Source: Minisyncoccota bacterium (GTDB lineage Bacteria > Patescibacteriota > Minisyncoccia > Phycocordibacterales > UBA9973). From it: a stretch of 29,691 bases of DNA. The stretch covers positions 1 through 29,691 of the forward strand of contig DATDUL010000066.1 in the NCBI GenBank assembly GCA_036517715.1. Direction: 5' to 3'. Each line of letters starts with the position of its first letter. Within the stretch, counting starts at the first letter, position 1. Made by a program: the position numbers and the translations under genes. Below, piece by piece: positions 1 through 7,754 of this stretch. The notes beneath the pieces were generated by a model. That model had not been told where the DNA came from and searched no databases. It was given only the letters and a program-made list of their open reading frames with translations.

Positions 1-93
1 ACGCAGTTTCATCCAGAGTTCTTGTCTCGACCGCTGGCACCGCATCCACTGTTCACTGCTTTCATTAAAGCTTCTATAAAAAACAAGAAATAA
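1..93 (+). CDS. pyrG: CTP synthase, C-terminal fragment (5' truncated by window)
   Basis: Frame 1 reads [30 protein letters not shown], matching the conserved QFHPEFxSRP..PHPLF end of CTP synthase; not in the ORF track. Confidence 0.92.
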   Translation, partial: TQFHPEFLSRPLAPHPLFTAFIKASIKNKK

Positions 94-126
94 AAAATAC
101 CCCTCGTCAGACGAGGGGTATTTTTC
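92..126. terminator. Bidirectional intrinsic terminator between pyrG and the convergent gene
   Basis: Perfect 16-bp inverted repeat aaaaaatacccctcgt-cag-acgaggggtatttttt with A/T tracts on both sides. Confidence 0.9.
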
Positions 127-135
127 TGTAAACCA

Positions 136-1257
136 CTAGTTTACTTTTGCTTTGAATACCTTGAGAGTGGCACCGAATACTGCCAAGAAGAAAGCAGAGC
201 TCACAATCGAACCGGCTACTGGAACGAGCCCTAGCATCAAGCTACCCAACAGACCCCATAGGATTGTTTTCATGGTGATTTTTTCAGAATCTCTTTTCAA
301 TAGTTTCTCGGTGTATTTACCGATAACTAATATAGCCAATGTCGCCGAAGTTATCATCAAAACAAAGTAAGCTATTAGTAGGATGACACCGAGTGCGAAT
401 CCGAGAACGGTGAACATAAGTAGGAGCGATATTACTGGAATGAAAACTATACCGATGAGGCCCCACAACAAATTCCTCCAGAAGTTGTCTGTAGTTTTTT
501 GAACTAAACGTGTTGTCTGGGAAGTAAATAATTTCCACAGTACTAGTAAAGTGATAAATAGAATTATAGTTTTGAGAAGCGTTGACATAGGGGAGAAGTC
601 ATCTTTGACCACAGAGTCCGCAAGGGTTTTCCTCTCAATTGTTCCGATTTGGGCACCTGTTTCTATCACCGGATCGGAGTCCCCACAATAAGTCACCTGG
701 TTGGTTAAAACAGCCATTGGTCCAAAGGTAACTTTGTCGGTGGTTGTGAATTCTGCTTTACCCAGTACTTGTCCATTTACGAAAATTTGTTCCCCGGCTA
801 CTTTCAGATTTCCATTCACTGAACTGGTCAGGTTTATGTTTCCGCCAGCTACCCACAAATCACCTCCTATGGTAGCACCTTCGCCCAGAGACACCGTACC
901 ACCAGCAATCAACAAATCCCCAGCGATTGGAGCATTGATGACTACATTGCCACCCAAAATCCTAGCATCGCCGGAAACCTCCGCGCTGACGGTGATGTTG
1001 CCACCAGCTACGAACAGATCTTCTTCGACTGGTGCAGAAACATTCACACTGCCTCCACCTACAAACAAATCACCCAACACAGCTGAATTGACGGTCACAT
1101 TACTGCCACCAACGTATAAATTGCGGTAGATTGTGTCACCGGAAACAACCACATTGTCTCCAGAACCGTGGTCTTTGGGTAAATAGTCCGCAGCCAAAGT
1201 GGCAAGCGGGGCTAGTAATAGGAGCAAAAAACCTAGCAATAACTTTTTGTTCTTCAT
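136..1257 (-). CDS. Polymer-forming cytoskeletal (bactofilin-like beta-helix repeat) membrane protein, 373 aa
   Basis: Signal peptide, about ten 15-17-aa repeats of type GDLxVAGGxVxVxAxV, then 4-5 hydrophobic helices. Confidence 0.75.
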   Translation of the reverse strand: MKNKKLLLGFLLLLLAPLATLAADYLPKDHGSGDNVVVSGDTIYRNLYVGGSNVTVNSAVLGDLFVGGGSVNVSAPVEEDLFVAGGNITVSAEVSGDARILGGNVVINAPIAGDLLIAGGTVSLGEGATIGGDLWVAGGNINLTSSVNGNLKVAGEQIFVNGQVLGKAEFTTTDKVTFGPMAVLTNQVTYCGDSDPVIETGAQIGTIERKTLADSVVKDDFSPMSTLLKTIILFITLLVLWKLFTSQTTRLVQKTTDNFWRNLLWGLIGIVFIPVISLLLMFTVLGFALGVILLIAYFVLMITSATLAILVIGKYTEKLLKRDSEKITMKTILWGLLGSLMLGLVPVAGSIVSSAFFLAVFGATLKVFKAKVN

Positions 1258-1278
1258 ATATTTATTATTAATAATAAT

Positions 1279-1569
1279 CTATTTTCTTTTTTGAATACTC
1301 ACCGAATAGTCAGCTGCAACGAGGATGATCACAAAGACAAGGGCGATTACCGGAATGACGAAGCAAACAATCATGAGTAAAATCAGATTTATTTTAAAAA
1401 GCTTCTTACCATTTTCGTCCGAGAAAACAGCCAGGCGGGAATTGCCAGCCCGGAAAACCTTTTTGAAAAAGTTTATAACATCTGCGCCAGAGATTTTGAG
1501 CTCTTCGTCTATGTATTCGTGAGTTCCTCCTTCTGTTTCTTTGTTTGTTTTGTCGTCTGTTTGTTCCAT
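1279..1569 (-). CDS. DUF4342-like small membrane protein, 96 aa
   Basis: EELKISGADVINFFKKVFRAGNSR...ENGKKLFKI followed by a hydrophobic hairpin and SVSIQK fits the DUF4342 pattern. Confidence 0.7.
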   Translation of the reverse strand: MEQTDDKTNKETEGGTHEYIDEELKISGADVINFFKKVFRAGNSRLAVFSDENGKKLFKINLILLMIVCFVIPVIALVFVIILVAADYSVSIQKRK

Positions 1570-1575
1570 TCGTTG

Positions 1576-1584
1576 ATTATATCA
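1576..1584 (-). promoter_or_regulatory. Extended -10 promoter TGATATAAT, 6 nt before ATG 1569
   Basis: Reverse complement of attatatca. Confidence 0.75.
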
Positions 1585-1670
1585 TAATTTTTACAATCCA
1601 ACTTTGACTTGGTGCTGGTCGTGCCTGTATAATGAAGTTAATATTTTATTATTTAATAACTTTCAAAAAT

Positions 1671-1970
1671 ATGGAAAAAGAAAAAGTTTGTAGTGGAGGG
1701 CATTGTGGTGGGTCAGGATGTTGTGGTGGAACAAATGGTTGCTCTTATGGTAGCCATGGCATGCACAGTGTTCTACGTTTGTTTGCTGTGCTTTTGGTGA
1801 TGATCCTTATCTTTCACTTAGGTATGCAAGTAGGTGAACTCAGGACTCAATATTCTAATCGTGGTGGTTATGAAATGCGATTTGATAAAGGTTACAGAAA
1901 CGGTCCAATGATGCAGTATCAACAAGCACCAGCTCCGTCTCCAACACAAATCGAAGAGTCAGCTCAATAA
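1671..1970 (+). CDS. Hypothetical single-pass membrane protein with Cys/Gly/His-rich N-terminus, 99 aa
   Basis: ORF 1632..1970; start moved to ATG 1671 because TATAAT at 1628-1633 overlaps the upstream ATG; one TM helix; terminator follows. Confidence 0.7.
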   Translation: MEKEKVCSGGHCGGSGCCGGTNGCSYGSHGMHSVLRLFAVLLVMILIFHLGMQVGELRTQYSNRGGYEMRFDKGYRNGPMMQYQQAPAPSPTQIEESAQ

Positions 1971-1986
1971 GCTAATTTAATTTGAT

Positions 1987-2020
1987 AATAAAAAACCCAC
2001 TTCCGAGTGGGTTTTTTATT
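1987..2020. terminator. Bidirectional intrinsic terminator
   Basis: Perfect 15-bp arms aataaaaaacccact-tccg-agtgggttttttatt between convergent genes. Confidence 0.9.
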
Positions 2021-2043
2021 AGGTTCTTATACTGATACAGTAT

Positions 2044-2673
2044 TTATAATATATTTTTTAACTTGGATTGGTATTTTAAATATATGAAAAATACAATACT
2101 CGAATCCGCTGCAAAGAAGCACCACACTGAAGCAAAGGTTGCTATGTGCAGGTATGCAGCCATACTCGCCAGGACAATGTTTGTTAATCCAAACCAACGC
2201 AGGAATTTGTTGCTAGAGGTGAGTAGGGGAATAAATACCGCCAACAAATACGCTACTATCACATATGCTTTTATTGGTGCGTGCAAGTTGTAAGCAATAC
2301 TTCGCCATTCTTGGGTGATGGTCAGAGTGTTGGTGAAAAACAGAGTGATGAAAAATCCTGACACCAGAGCTCCTATTATCAGGGGGTAGATTAGAATCTT
2401 TCTCTTAGCTTTATCAAAAATATAGATAGCCAATGGTACGTAAAGTGGCCAGAAAGCGTAGGCGAAAAAAAGGAAGCCATACCCGGAAACCTGGCAGACA
2501 TTGCCTTGCTTCAGATACAGCCACTGAATACCTTCGAGGAGTTGCTGAATACCAAAAATCAGAGGGAAAATGGCTAGGATTTTCTCTTCCTTTTTTGCCA
2601 CCTTCAAAGATGCCCCACCTATAACGGCCAGGGAACCACCAGCTACAAAACTTGCTCCTGCTGAAAAACACAT
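2044..2673 (-). CDS. DUF6629-family multi-pass membrane protein, 209 aa
   Basis: Characteristic MCFSAxASF start, P.lFgiQQl.EG.qW, and F.SVWCFFAA motifs. Confidence 0.75.
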   Translation of the reverse strand: MCFSAGASFVAGGSLAVIGGASLKVAKKEEKILAIFPLIFGIQQLLEGIQWLYLKQGNVCQVSGYGFLFFAYAFWPLYVPLAIYIFDKAKRKILIYPLIIGALVSGFFITLFFTNTLTITQEWRSIAYNLHAPIKAYVIVAYLLAVFIPLLTSSNKFLRWFGLTNIVLASMAAYLHIATFASVWCFFAADSSIVFFIYLKYQSKLKNIL

Positions 2674-2679
2674 GGCCTA

Positions 2680-2688
2680 AGCATACCA
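2680..2688 (-). promoter_or_regulatory. Extended -10 promoter TGGTATGCT, 6 nt before ATG 2673
   Basis: Reverse complement of agcatacca. Confidence 0.6.
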
Positions 2689-2713
2689 CAAAGCGTTTAA
2701 ACAGCTAGTTTTA

Positions 2714-3253
2714 TTACTTGATTTCAGTAAAGGTTACTCCGTCAGGTAGTTCGAAAGTTCCTTCATCTACTAACCAAGGTTCGCAATTGTAATCTCCGAT
2801 TTGTTCTGCATTCCAGCTGTAGGTGCCCGATGCTTCTGCGCTAGCGTTGCCACCATCCATATCTACTTTTACTTTGACTCCCATAGGTGCTAGGTTTGAC
2901 CAGTTATAAGTGTAACCGCCCATCATGATAAAAGAAGAATTCATATTCCGGCCTTCGGCTATGATGTTGAAATCCCCGCGCATATTTCCACCATTCATGT
3001 AGATCGTACCTTTGCTCTCTATGTCACTCATAGCCTGAGACACTTCGCATTTATACGAACCCTTGTCTTGTTTTATGAATTGACTGAAAGCCATTTTCTT
3101 GCCTGCTGGTTTCGCGGTTGTGTCTTCGTTTGTTACTTCATTTATTTCGTTTTCTGTTACCTCAGAATTTTCTTCCTTTTGTGAATTGTAAGCAAAATAT
3201 CCACCCACCAAAACTACACCTACTACTAGAAAACTAATTAATGTTTTTGACAT
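2714..3253 (-). CDS. Hypothetical membrane-anchored extracellular protein, 179 aa
   Basis: N-terminal TM (VLVGGYFAY), acidic linker, beta-rich domain with two Cys. Confidence 0.75.
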   Translation of the reverse strand: MSKTLISFLVVGVVLVGGYFAYNSQKEENSEVTENEINEVTNEDTTAKPAGKKMAFSQFIKQDKGSYKCEVSQAMSDIESKGTIYMNGGNMRGDFNIIAEGRNMNSSFIMMGGYTYNWSNLAPMGVKVKVDMDGGNASAEASGTYSWNAEQIGDYNCEPWLVDEGTFELPDGVTFTEIK

Positions 3254-3279
3254 ATTTTTTATGTTATTTATATGAAGTC

Positions 3280-3288
3280 ATTATAGCA
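3280..3288 (-). promoter_or_regulatory. Extended -10 promoter TGCTATAAT, 26 nt before ATG 3253
   Basis: Reverse complement of attatagca, followed by an A-rich leader. Confidence 0.7.
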
Positions 3289-3290
3289 CG

Positions 3291-3554
3291 CTAGCGATGA
3301 GGACAGCCGATCCAACAACAAGGCCGACGCATTCCACTTTTTAGTTTCGAGATTGCTTTATCTATGCGGATGCTCCGAGTTTCGGATTTTTTACCAGAAG
3401 TAACCCAACAAATCCATTCGTTGCGCGCCAGCGGGGTAATGTCTTGCCAGAGTGCTCCGACTTTGGGATTGGAGCTGATTGCCTCGTTTAGATCCCTTGG
3501 TAATTTATGTACCGTGCCGTCAGACAATCTTTGTTGTTTTGTTTGTGTTAGCAC
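3291..3554 (-). CDS. YdeI/OmpD-associated family protein (about 87 aa)
   Basis: LPRDL..A......W..ITPLARNEWICWVTSGKK.ETR..RI motif; GTG 3554 chosen over TTG 3593 to avoid overlap with the upstream gene. Confidence 0.8.
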   Translation of the reverse strand: MLTQTKQQRLSDGTVHKLPRDLNEAISSNPKVGALWQDITPLARNEWICWVTSGKKSETRSIRIDKAISKLKSGMRRPCCWIGCPHR

Positions 3555-3561
3555 CTTGTTT

Positions 3562-4335
3562 TTATTTTGGTAATTCAGTCGGCGCGTTCGCAAGCTTTTC
3601 TAAACGAATACAGTAATAACCCATGTTGCCGGTAAAATCACCGTTTAGGCCGTCGTTTAGATAGGAATCGAAATCAATAACTTGTTTGTGTTTTGTTTTG
3701 ATATCCTCAATCCAGTTATGTATTGTATTTTGTCCGGTGTCTTCTTTGTCGATTGGTGGAGCCATAACAAACATCACTCCTCCGGGAGCTAGTAATTTGT
3801 ACAAACGATTGAGTTGTCCGTATAAATATTCCGGATCCGTTGGAAAAGAATTCATATTGGCAACCATTCTTTCGATGATAAAGTCTGCTTTTTCTTCACC
3901 TAGCCAAGCCTCTATCTTGCGGTATCCTTTGCTCGAGAATGCGTCACTGACTTCGACAACTTGGTGGTTTATTGTATCGTCTTCGGCTTTGCGTTGTGTA
4001 ATGCGAGCATCGGATAGAACGAAACCAGCACTACGTCCAAACAAATGATTTTTCGATAAATCATGAAACAATGTAGAACCAGGACCAGCTATCTCTATGC
4101 CGACAGCTTTGCCGTTTTTGTGTTTTAGTTTTTCGATTAGATATCCTCGTAATCCATTGAATCCCTCTGGTATGAGGGCGTTGAAATCGCTGGCAAAGGA
4201 GTATGTGTCGAGTACGTCATCCAAAGAGGAGTCATAAACGACCCAGTTTTTATTCTGGTCTATCTTCCTGTTTAGGTTTGTTTTTTGATTTTGATTTTCT
4301 ATACTTACTCGCAGCGCTTTAAAATTTCCTGGCAT
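3562..4335 (-). CDS. Hypothetical protein, probable class I SAM-methyltransferase-like fold, 257 aa
   Basis: GIEIAGPG (motif I-like), ADFIIERM, LYKLLAPGGVMFV (motif typical of the class I MTase C-terminal strands). Confidence 0.55.
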   Translation of the reverse strand: MPGNFKALRVSIENQNQKTNLNRKIDQNKNWVVYDSSLDDVLDTYSFASDFNALIPEGFNGLRGYLIEKLKHKNGKAVGIEIAGPGSTLFHDLSKNHLFGRSAGFVLSDARITQRKAEDDTINHQVVEVSDAFSSKGYRKIEAWLGEEKADFIIERMVANMNSFPTDPEYLYGQLNRLYKLLAPGGVMFVMAPPIDKEDTGQNTIHNWIEDIKTKHKQVIDFDSYLNDGLNGDFTGNMGYYCIRLEKLANAPTELPK

Positions 4336-4341
4336 GTTGTG

Positions 4342-4350
4342 ATTATAGCA
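4342..4350 (-). promoter_or_regulatory. Extended -10 promoter TGCTATAAT, 6 nt before ATG 4335
   Basis: Reverse complement of attatagca. Confidence 0.75.
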
Positions 4351-4398
4351 AATTATTTGAAAAGTATGTTTTTTATATAAAGCTTACAAGTTTACGCG

Positions 4399-4436
4399 AA
4401 AAGGCCGGCTTCTTCCAAAAATGGAATTCGCCGGCC
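4399..4436 (-). terminator. Intrinsic terminator of the VWA gene
   Basis: Minus strand ggccggc-gaa-ttcca-tttt-tggaa-gaa-gccggcc followed by TTTT; 7+5 bp stem with a 3x3 GAA/GAA internal loop. Confidence 0.7.
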
Positions 4437-4440
4437 AATC

Positions 4441-5100
4441 TTATCCACAAGGCACAATTGCCTTTAACTTCTCCCAGAATCTTTTAAAAAGAGGGAAGCT
4501 ACTTCGGATGTTTAAACATCCGAGGTCTTCTATCTGTTTCAGATTCTCTTCGTTTATCATTCGCTTTTCTCCTTGCCCGTGTCCATCGTACTTGGCCGGC
4601 AGGGATAAAAGGACGATGACTCCGTCGCTTATGATTCCTTCGATGACCTTCATGCTTTCGCACTGGTCATACCAATCATAATCGGAGTGGATGTGCAGCA
4701 CCTGTACTTCGGTGCTATCTACATCTTTGCGCTCTTGGAAGACGCCTCTTAGATACTCGAGTCCGTAATGCGGACGAGTATCGTTCTCGGTTGCCCGAGT
4801 TGTTAGAGTATCAACAGCATCCAGGAAAGTCTTCCTATCCGCCGTTGGTTCACAGAGTACTTCGTACCTGACCCCGAATGAAACGAGGCCAATCTCTGCA
4901 TACCCACCGTTACGGGGTATGAGCACCATACTGCGTGCCCAACGGTGGACGTCGCTAATGGCGGTGTCCATGCTTCCACTGTTGTCGCTGAAATCAATTG
5001 CGCACAACCGCATGCAGGGATCCAGGTAGATGTCTTGGGCTTGTGTTTTTGGAACAAAAACACACAAAAAGATGGCGAAAAATAAAAGAGCATTTTTCAT
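4441..5100 (-). CDS. Secreted von Willebrand factor A (VWA) domain protein, 219 aa
   Basis: Signal peptide (..KTQA/QD), MIDAS DNSGS, IGLVSFG strand, conserved T (NDT) and D (HSD). Confidence 0.75.
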   Translation of the reverse strand: MKNALLFFAIFLCVFVPKTQAQDIYLDPCMRLCAIDFSDNSGSMDTAISDVHRWARSMVLIPRNGGYAEIGLVSFGVRYEVLCEPTADRKTFLDAVDTLTTRATENDTRPHYGLEYLRGVFQERKDVDSTEVQVLHIHSDYDWYDQCESMKVIEGIISDGVIVLLSLPAKYDGHGQGEKRMINEENLKQIEDLGCLNIRSSFPLFKRFWEKLKAIVPCG

Positions 5101-5190
5101 GAGCGCGTAGTTTAGTTTGTGAAGAATTTTGTTCTACTTTCAGACTACAACAAACCCCCTAAATTGCAAGAGTTTTAAAAAGATACAGTT

Positions 5191-5210
5191 TGCTGGGAGA
5201 CTTGGACTCG
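5191..5210 (-). repeat. 20-bp direct copy of the tRNA-Gln 3' end (att-like)
   Basis: tgctgggagacttggactcg identical at 5191-5210 and 5332-5351. Confidence 0.9.
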
Positions 5211-5331
5211 CCTCTCGCACTGCTGTGCTCGAAACCTTCGTCCTCTCTTCGAGGACTGCGGCCCGTGGTTCTCGTCCAAATACTTCCAAAGTATATAAAA
5301 AATAGTGGCACAAAGCCACCATTTTTATATA
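5211..5331 (-). mobile_element. 121-bp structured insert between tRNA-Gln and its duplicated 3' end (putative minimal or remnant tRNA-targeted element)
   Basis: Flanked by 20-bp direct repeats starting in the T-loop; several hairpins; no ORF or integrase. Confidence 0.5.
5292..5331 (-). terminator. Hairpin immediately downstream of tRNA-Gln
   Basis: Minus strand tatataaaaatggtggc-tttgt-gccactattttttatata. Confidence 0.7.
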
Positions 5332-5333
5332 TG

Positions 5334-5404
5334 CTGGGAGACTTGGACTCGAACCAAGATATCCGCCTTCAGAGGGCGAAGTCCTACCATTAGACGATCT
5401 CCCA
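5334..5404 (-). tRNA. tRNA-Gln(CTG), 71 nt, CCA not encoded
   Basis: TGGGAGA/TCTCCCA acceptor (U1-A72), D-arm GTCT-AATGGTA-GGAC, anticodon arm TCGCC-CTCTGAA-GGCGG, T-arm CTTGG-TTCGAGT-CCAAG, discriminator G followed by CAT. Confidence 0.96.
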
Positions 5405-5529
5405 AAATGGTATTTAACCCATATACCTTAACTTAAAAAAACCTATAAATCAAACAAATAATTCACTTCTGTTTTTTATACAGGCTACCAAAGAGGGGAG
5501 CATTAGCACAATAAGGGTGGCTTTATATA

Positions 5530-5559
5530 TTGACAAGTATACATATAGTGTGTTAAAGT
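5530..5559 (+). promoter_or_regulatory. Sigma70-type promoter TTGACA-N18-TAAAGT with TG extension
   Basis: TTGACA 5530-5535; TGTTAAAGT 5551-5559; a second TATAAT at 5567-5572. Confidence 0.55.
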
Positions 5560-5640
5560 ATTGAAGTATAATTTGTGGTTGAAAGTTTAGGTCTTAGATC
5601 TTTAAGCTTTAAACTTTCGATCACAAAACAATTCTTTAAC

Positions 5641-6063
5641 ATGAACAACATTCAAATTTCAGCTAGAAAAGCAATCGTTGCTTCCATTTTTTTTGTATCA
5701 GCTTGCTTGCTTCTGTTTATTTTTCCTCAGCACTACAGGTACTCTCTGATACTTCTCCTTACCATTCCTCTGCTGGTTTTATCTCCAGCCAATTTGTTTG
5801 CGACCGACTCACAGGGCATGATGCAAGCGATTGGCCTAATGATAACCTATGGTTTCTCTTTCGTGGTTTTTAAACTCGATTCGAATAACCTTTTGGGAAA
5901 TTTTACGGGTACTTCAGTAGAAGAGTTGAATTCAGACACTTGGCGTTCTGTAGTAGGAGCTTTTTGTAATAGCTTCGTTGCGCTATTTTATGTTATCGGT
6001 GTAACAGTTCTGAGCAACTCAAAGCTGAAATGGAAAGAAGAAGTAGAAGAGGTAACTGGTTAA
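5641..6063 (+). CDS. Hypothetical multi-pass membrane protein, about 140 aa
   Basis: ORF 5575..6063 (GTG); first ATG 5641; four hydrophobic segments; no family recognised. Confidence 0.6.
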   Translation: MNNIQISARKAIVASIFFVSACLLLFIFPQHYRYSLILLLTIPLLVLSPANLFATDSQGMMQAIGLMITYGFSFVVFKLDSNNLLGNFTGTSVEELNSDTWRSVVGAFCNSFVALFYVIGVTVLSNSKLKWKEEVEEVTG

Positions 6064-6071
6064 GATTTATT

Positions 6072-6115
6072 GTCCACACAAGTGGAACGAAAGTTCACAC
6101 TTGTGTGGACTTTTT
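6072..6115 (+). terminator. Long-stem intrinsic terminator
   Basis: gtccacacaagtggaac-gaaa-gttc(a)cacttgtgtggac: 17 bp with one bulged A, GAAA tetraloop, then TTTTT. Confidence 0.85.
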
Positions 6116-6207
6116 CGTTTAAGCAATAAGATATAAAAGGTATCGGGTAGCATTATCTAAATATTTAACCCCAACACTAATTTTGCGCTATGCTTTTAAA
6201 AACGATG

Positions 6208-6213
6208 TATAAT
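6208..6213 (+). promoter_or_regulatory. -10 box TATAAT, 6 nt before ATG 6220
   Basis: tataat-aacaat-atg. Confidence 0.65.
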
Positions 6214-6219
6214 AACAAT

Positions 6220-6678
6220 ATGAAAAACAACAAAGGCTTCGTTGGAATATTTATTGTTATAGGTATTTTGATTGCTGGGGGAGCGACTTATGCATTGGTA
6301 CCACGCAGTGTATTGAAAAGTTTCTTCCAAACAGGTGACAAACCTAATCAAGAAAAAAAGTCTGATGTCGATGCTGATGTTGTTGTTGGATCAGAAGTTT
6401 CTGGTGACAAGCCGACAGAAACAGAGTTTAAGGATGTGATTGATTCGAGTTTGAACCTTACAGATGACAGAGGTCTTACTGGACTCAAAGAATATAATCC
6501 TACTAAAAATTATCAAACCGGAGATACAGCAGTTAAGTCTACTCCTGTATACCAGAGCGAAGTTACTTCTCCAGACCAAAAAGACACCAATCCCAATACT
6601 GACCAACCTAGCGATGCCGGAGCAAGTACTAGCACCAACATAAAAATAGAAACAGAAACAGGAGCAAGCACCCGCTAG
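6220..6678 (+). CDS. Hypothetical protein with a pilin-like (class III-type) N-terminus, about 152 aa
   Basis: MKNNKG/FVGIFIVIGILIAGG: basic leader, G/F site and hydrophobic helix, but no Glu at +5; low-complexity S/T/D tail. Confidence 0.65.
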   Translation: MKNNKGFVGIFIVIGILIAGGATYALVPRSVLKSFFQTGDKPNQEKKSDVDADVVVGSEVSGDKPTETEFKDVIDSSLNLTDDRGLTGLKEYNPTKNYQTGDTAVKSTPVYQSEVTSPDQKDTNPNTDQPSDAGASTSTNIKIETETGASTR

Positions 6679-6744
6679 ACCGAGGGTAGTTCTCGATATT
6701 CAAAAAGTGTTAACTTATTCTTAATATCTGTATTTGCCAGATTT

Positions 6745-6753
6745 TGTTATAAT
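6745..6753 (+). promoter_or_regulatory. Extended -10 promoter TGTTATAAT, 6 nt before ATG 6760
   Basis: tgttataat-aaactc-atg. Confidence 0.75.
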
Positions 6754-6759
6754 AAACTC

Positions 6760-7272
6760 ATGCCATTTGGGGATTTAAAATTTGGTCTTGGAAACAAAAA
6801 AGAATCTAGTCGTATTACCCTCGAAAGGGGTGACGAGAAAATAGAAGTACCTAATGTACTTGGTTATTATGACGGCAAGCGAATAAACCTAGCAAGAGCC
6901 AAGGAAATACTTGGAGAATACTTAAAGAAAGTTCCCGATGCTACCTGGACAGAAGTAAAGGACCATTTTTCTAAAGTATTAGCAGATTCTGGAGAGAAAG
7001 ACGCAACAGCGTTGAAGGTACATTTCAATACTTTAAAAGCAGACAGACAAAAGCAGATGCGGGTAGTACAGGAGTCCGACCCGGTTTTCAACCAAGTCGC
7101 TTTGTTCATCAATAAAGAACTCAAAGAAAGTGGCGGTACGACTGCGTACGAAGACATCATTGTAAAATTTTTCACCGAGAAAGCAGAGGACCCTATCCTT
7201 GATAAAATAGACGATGTTATGCTGGCACGATGCGAAGCCGTATACGATAAAATGAAAGCTAAATTTATTTAG
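6760..7272 (+). CDS. Hypothetical soluble helical protein, 170 aa
   Basis: Long ORF with its own promoter; no family recognised. Confidence 0.7.
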   Translation: MPFGDLKFGLGNKKESSRITLERGDEKIEVPNVLGYYDGKRINLARAKEILGEYLKKVPDATWTEVKDHFSKVLADSGEKDATALKVHFNTLKADRQKQMRVVQESDPVFNQVALFINKELKESGGTTAYEDIIVKFFTEKAEDPILDKIDDVMLARCEAVYDKMKAKFI

Positions 7273-7327
7273 TGTTTTTTTAGAATAAAAGGTAAAACCA
7301 CGAATCGACAGTAACTAACATTCAAAT

Positions 7328-7726
7328 ATGATAAAAATAAACAAAGACATTAAAATATATAATAAAGCTTTGTTGAAAGTAGATAGAGAAATCTGTGATG
7401 TATTAGCAGAAGAGATAACTAAAAGTTTACCAAAAGCAGAGAACAAAATTTGGCATAGGAATCCTGTTTGGTTTTTAGAAGGGAATCCTGTCGTAGGCTA
7501 CAGCAAATTGAAAGGTGGGGTAAGTTTGCTTTTTTGGAGTGGGCAGTCTTTCGACGAAGAAGATTTGAAAAAAGAAGGTAGTTTCAAAGCCGCGGAGATG
7601 AGGTATACAGATGTTTCTCAGATCAAAAAGACGCACCTCAAACGTTGGCTCAAAAAAGCGCAGGAGATACAATGGGACTATAAAAACATTGTGAAAAATA
7701 AAGGAGTTTTAAAAAAGATTAAATAA
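7328..7726 (+). CDS. DUF1801 (YdhG-like) protein, 132 aa
   Basis: AENKIWH..PVWFLEGNPVVGY...K.GV.LLFWSGQSF.E and L..WL.KA..IQWDYKN motifs. Confidence 0.85.
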   Translation: MIKINKDIKIYNKALLKVDREICDVLAEEITKSLPKAENKIWHRNPVWFLEGNPVVGYSKLKGGVSLLFWSGQSFDEEDLKKEGSFKAAEMRYTDVSQIKKTHLKRWLKKAQEIQWDYKNIVKNKGVLKKIK

Positions 7727-7739
7727 ATTTGTTTCTATT

Positions 7740-7748
7740 TGGTATAAT
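7740..7748 (+). promoter_or_regulatory. Extended -10 promoter TGGTATAAT, 6 nt before ATG 7755
   Basis: tggtataat-taaccg-atg. Confidence 0.75.
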
Positions 7749-7754
7749 TAACCG

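Noticed and set aside
152-1129. Opposite-strand ORFs 152..370, 317..538 and 701..1129
   Set aside because: Shadow frames of the repetitive bactofilin-like gene, with no motifs or expression signals.
3554-3593. Overlap of the YdeI ORF with the methyltransferase-like gene as a programmed frameshift
   Set aside because: The overlap disappears with GTG 3554, and no slippery site or stimulatory structure was seen.
5191-5351. 20-bp direct repeats as a CRISPR array
   Set aside because: Only two copies, identical to the tRNA 3' end, 121-bp spacer, no cas genes.
5191-5404. Split or intron-containing tRNA using the downstream copy as second exon
   Set aside because: The upstream tRNA is already complete and contiguous, and no group I/II or BHB features were recognised.
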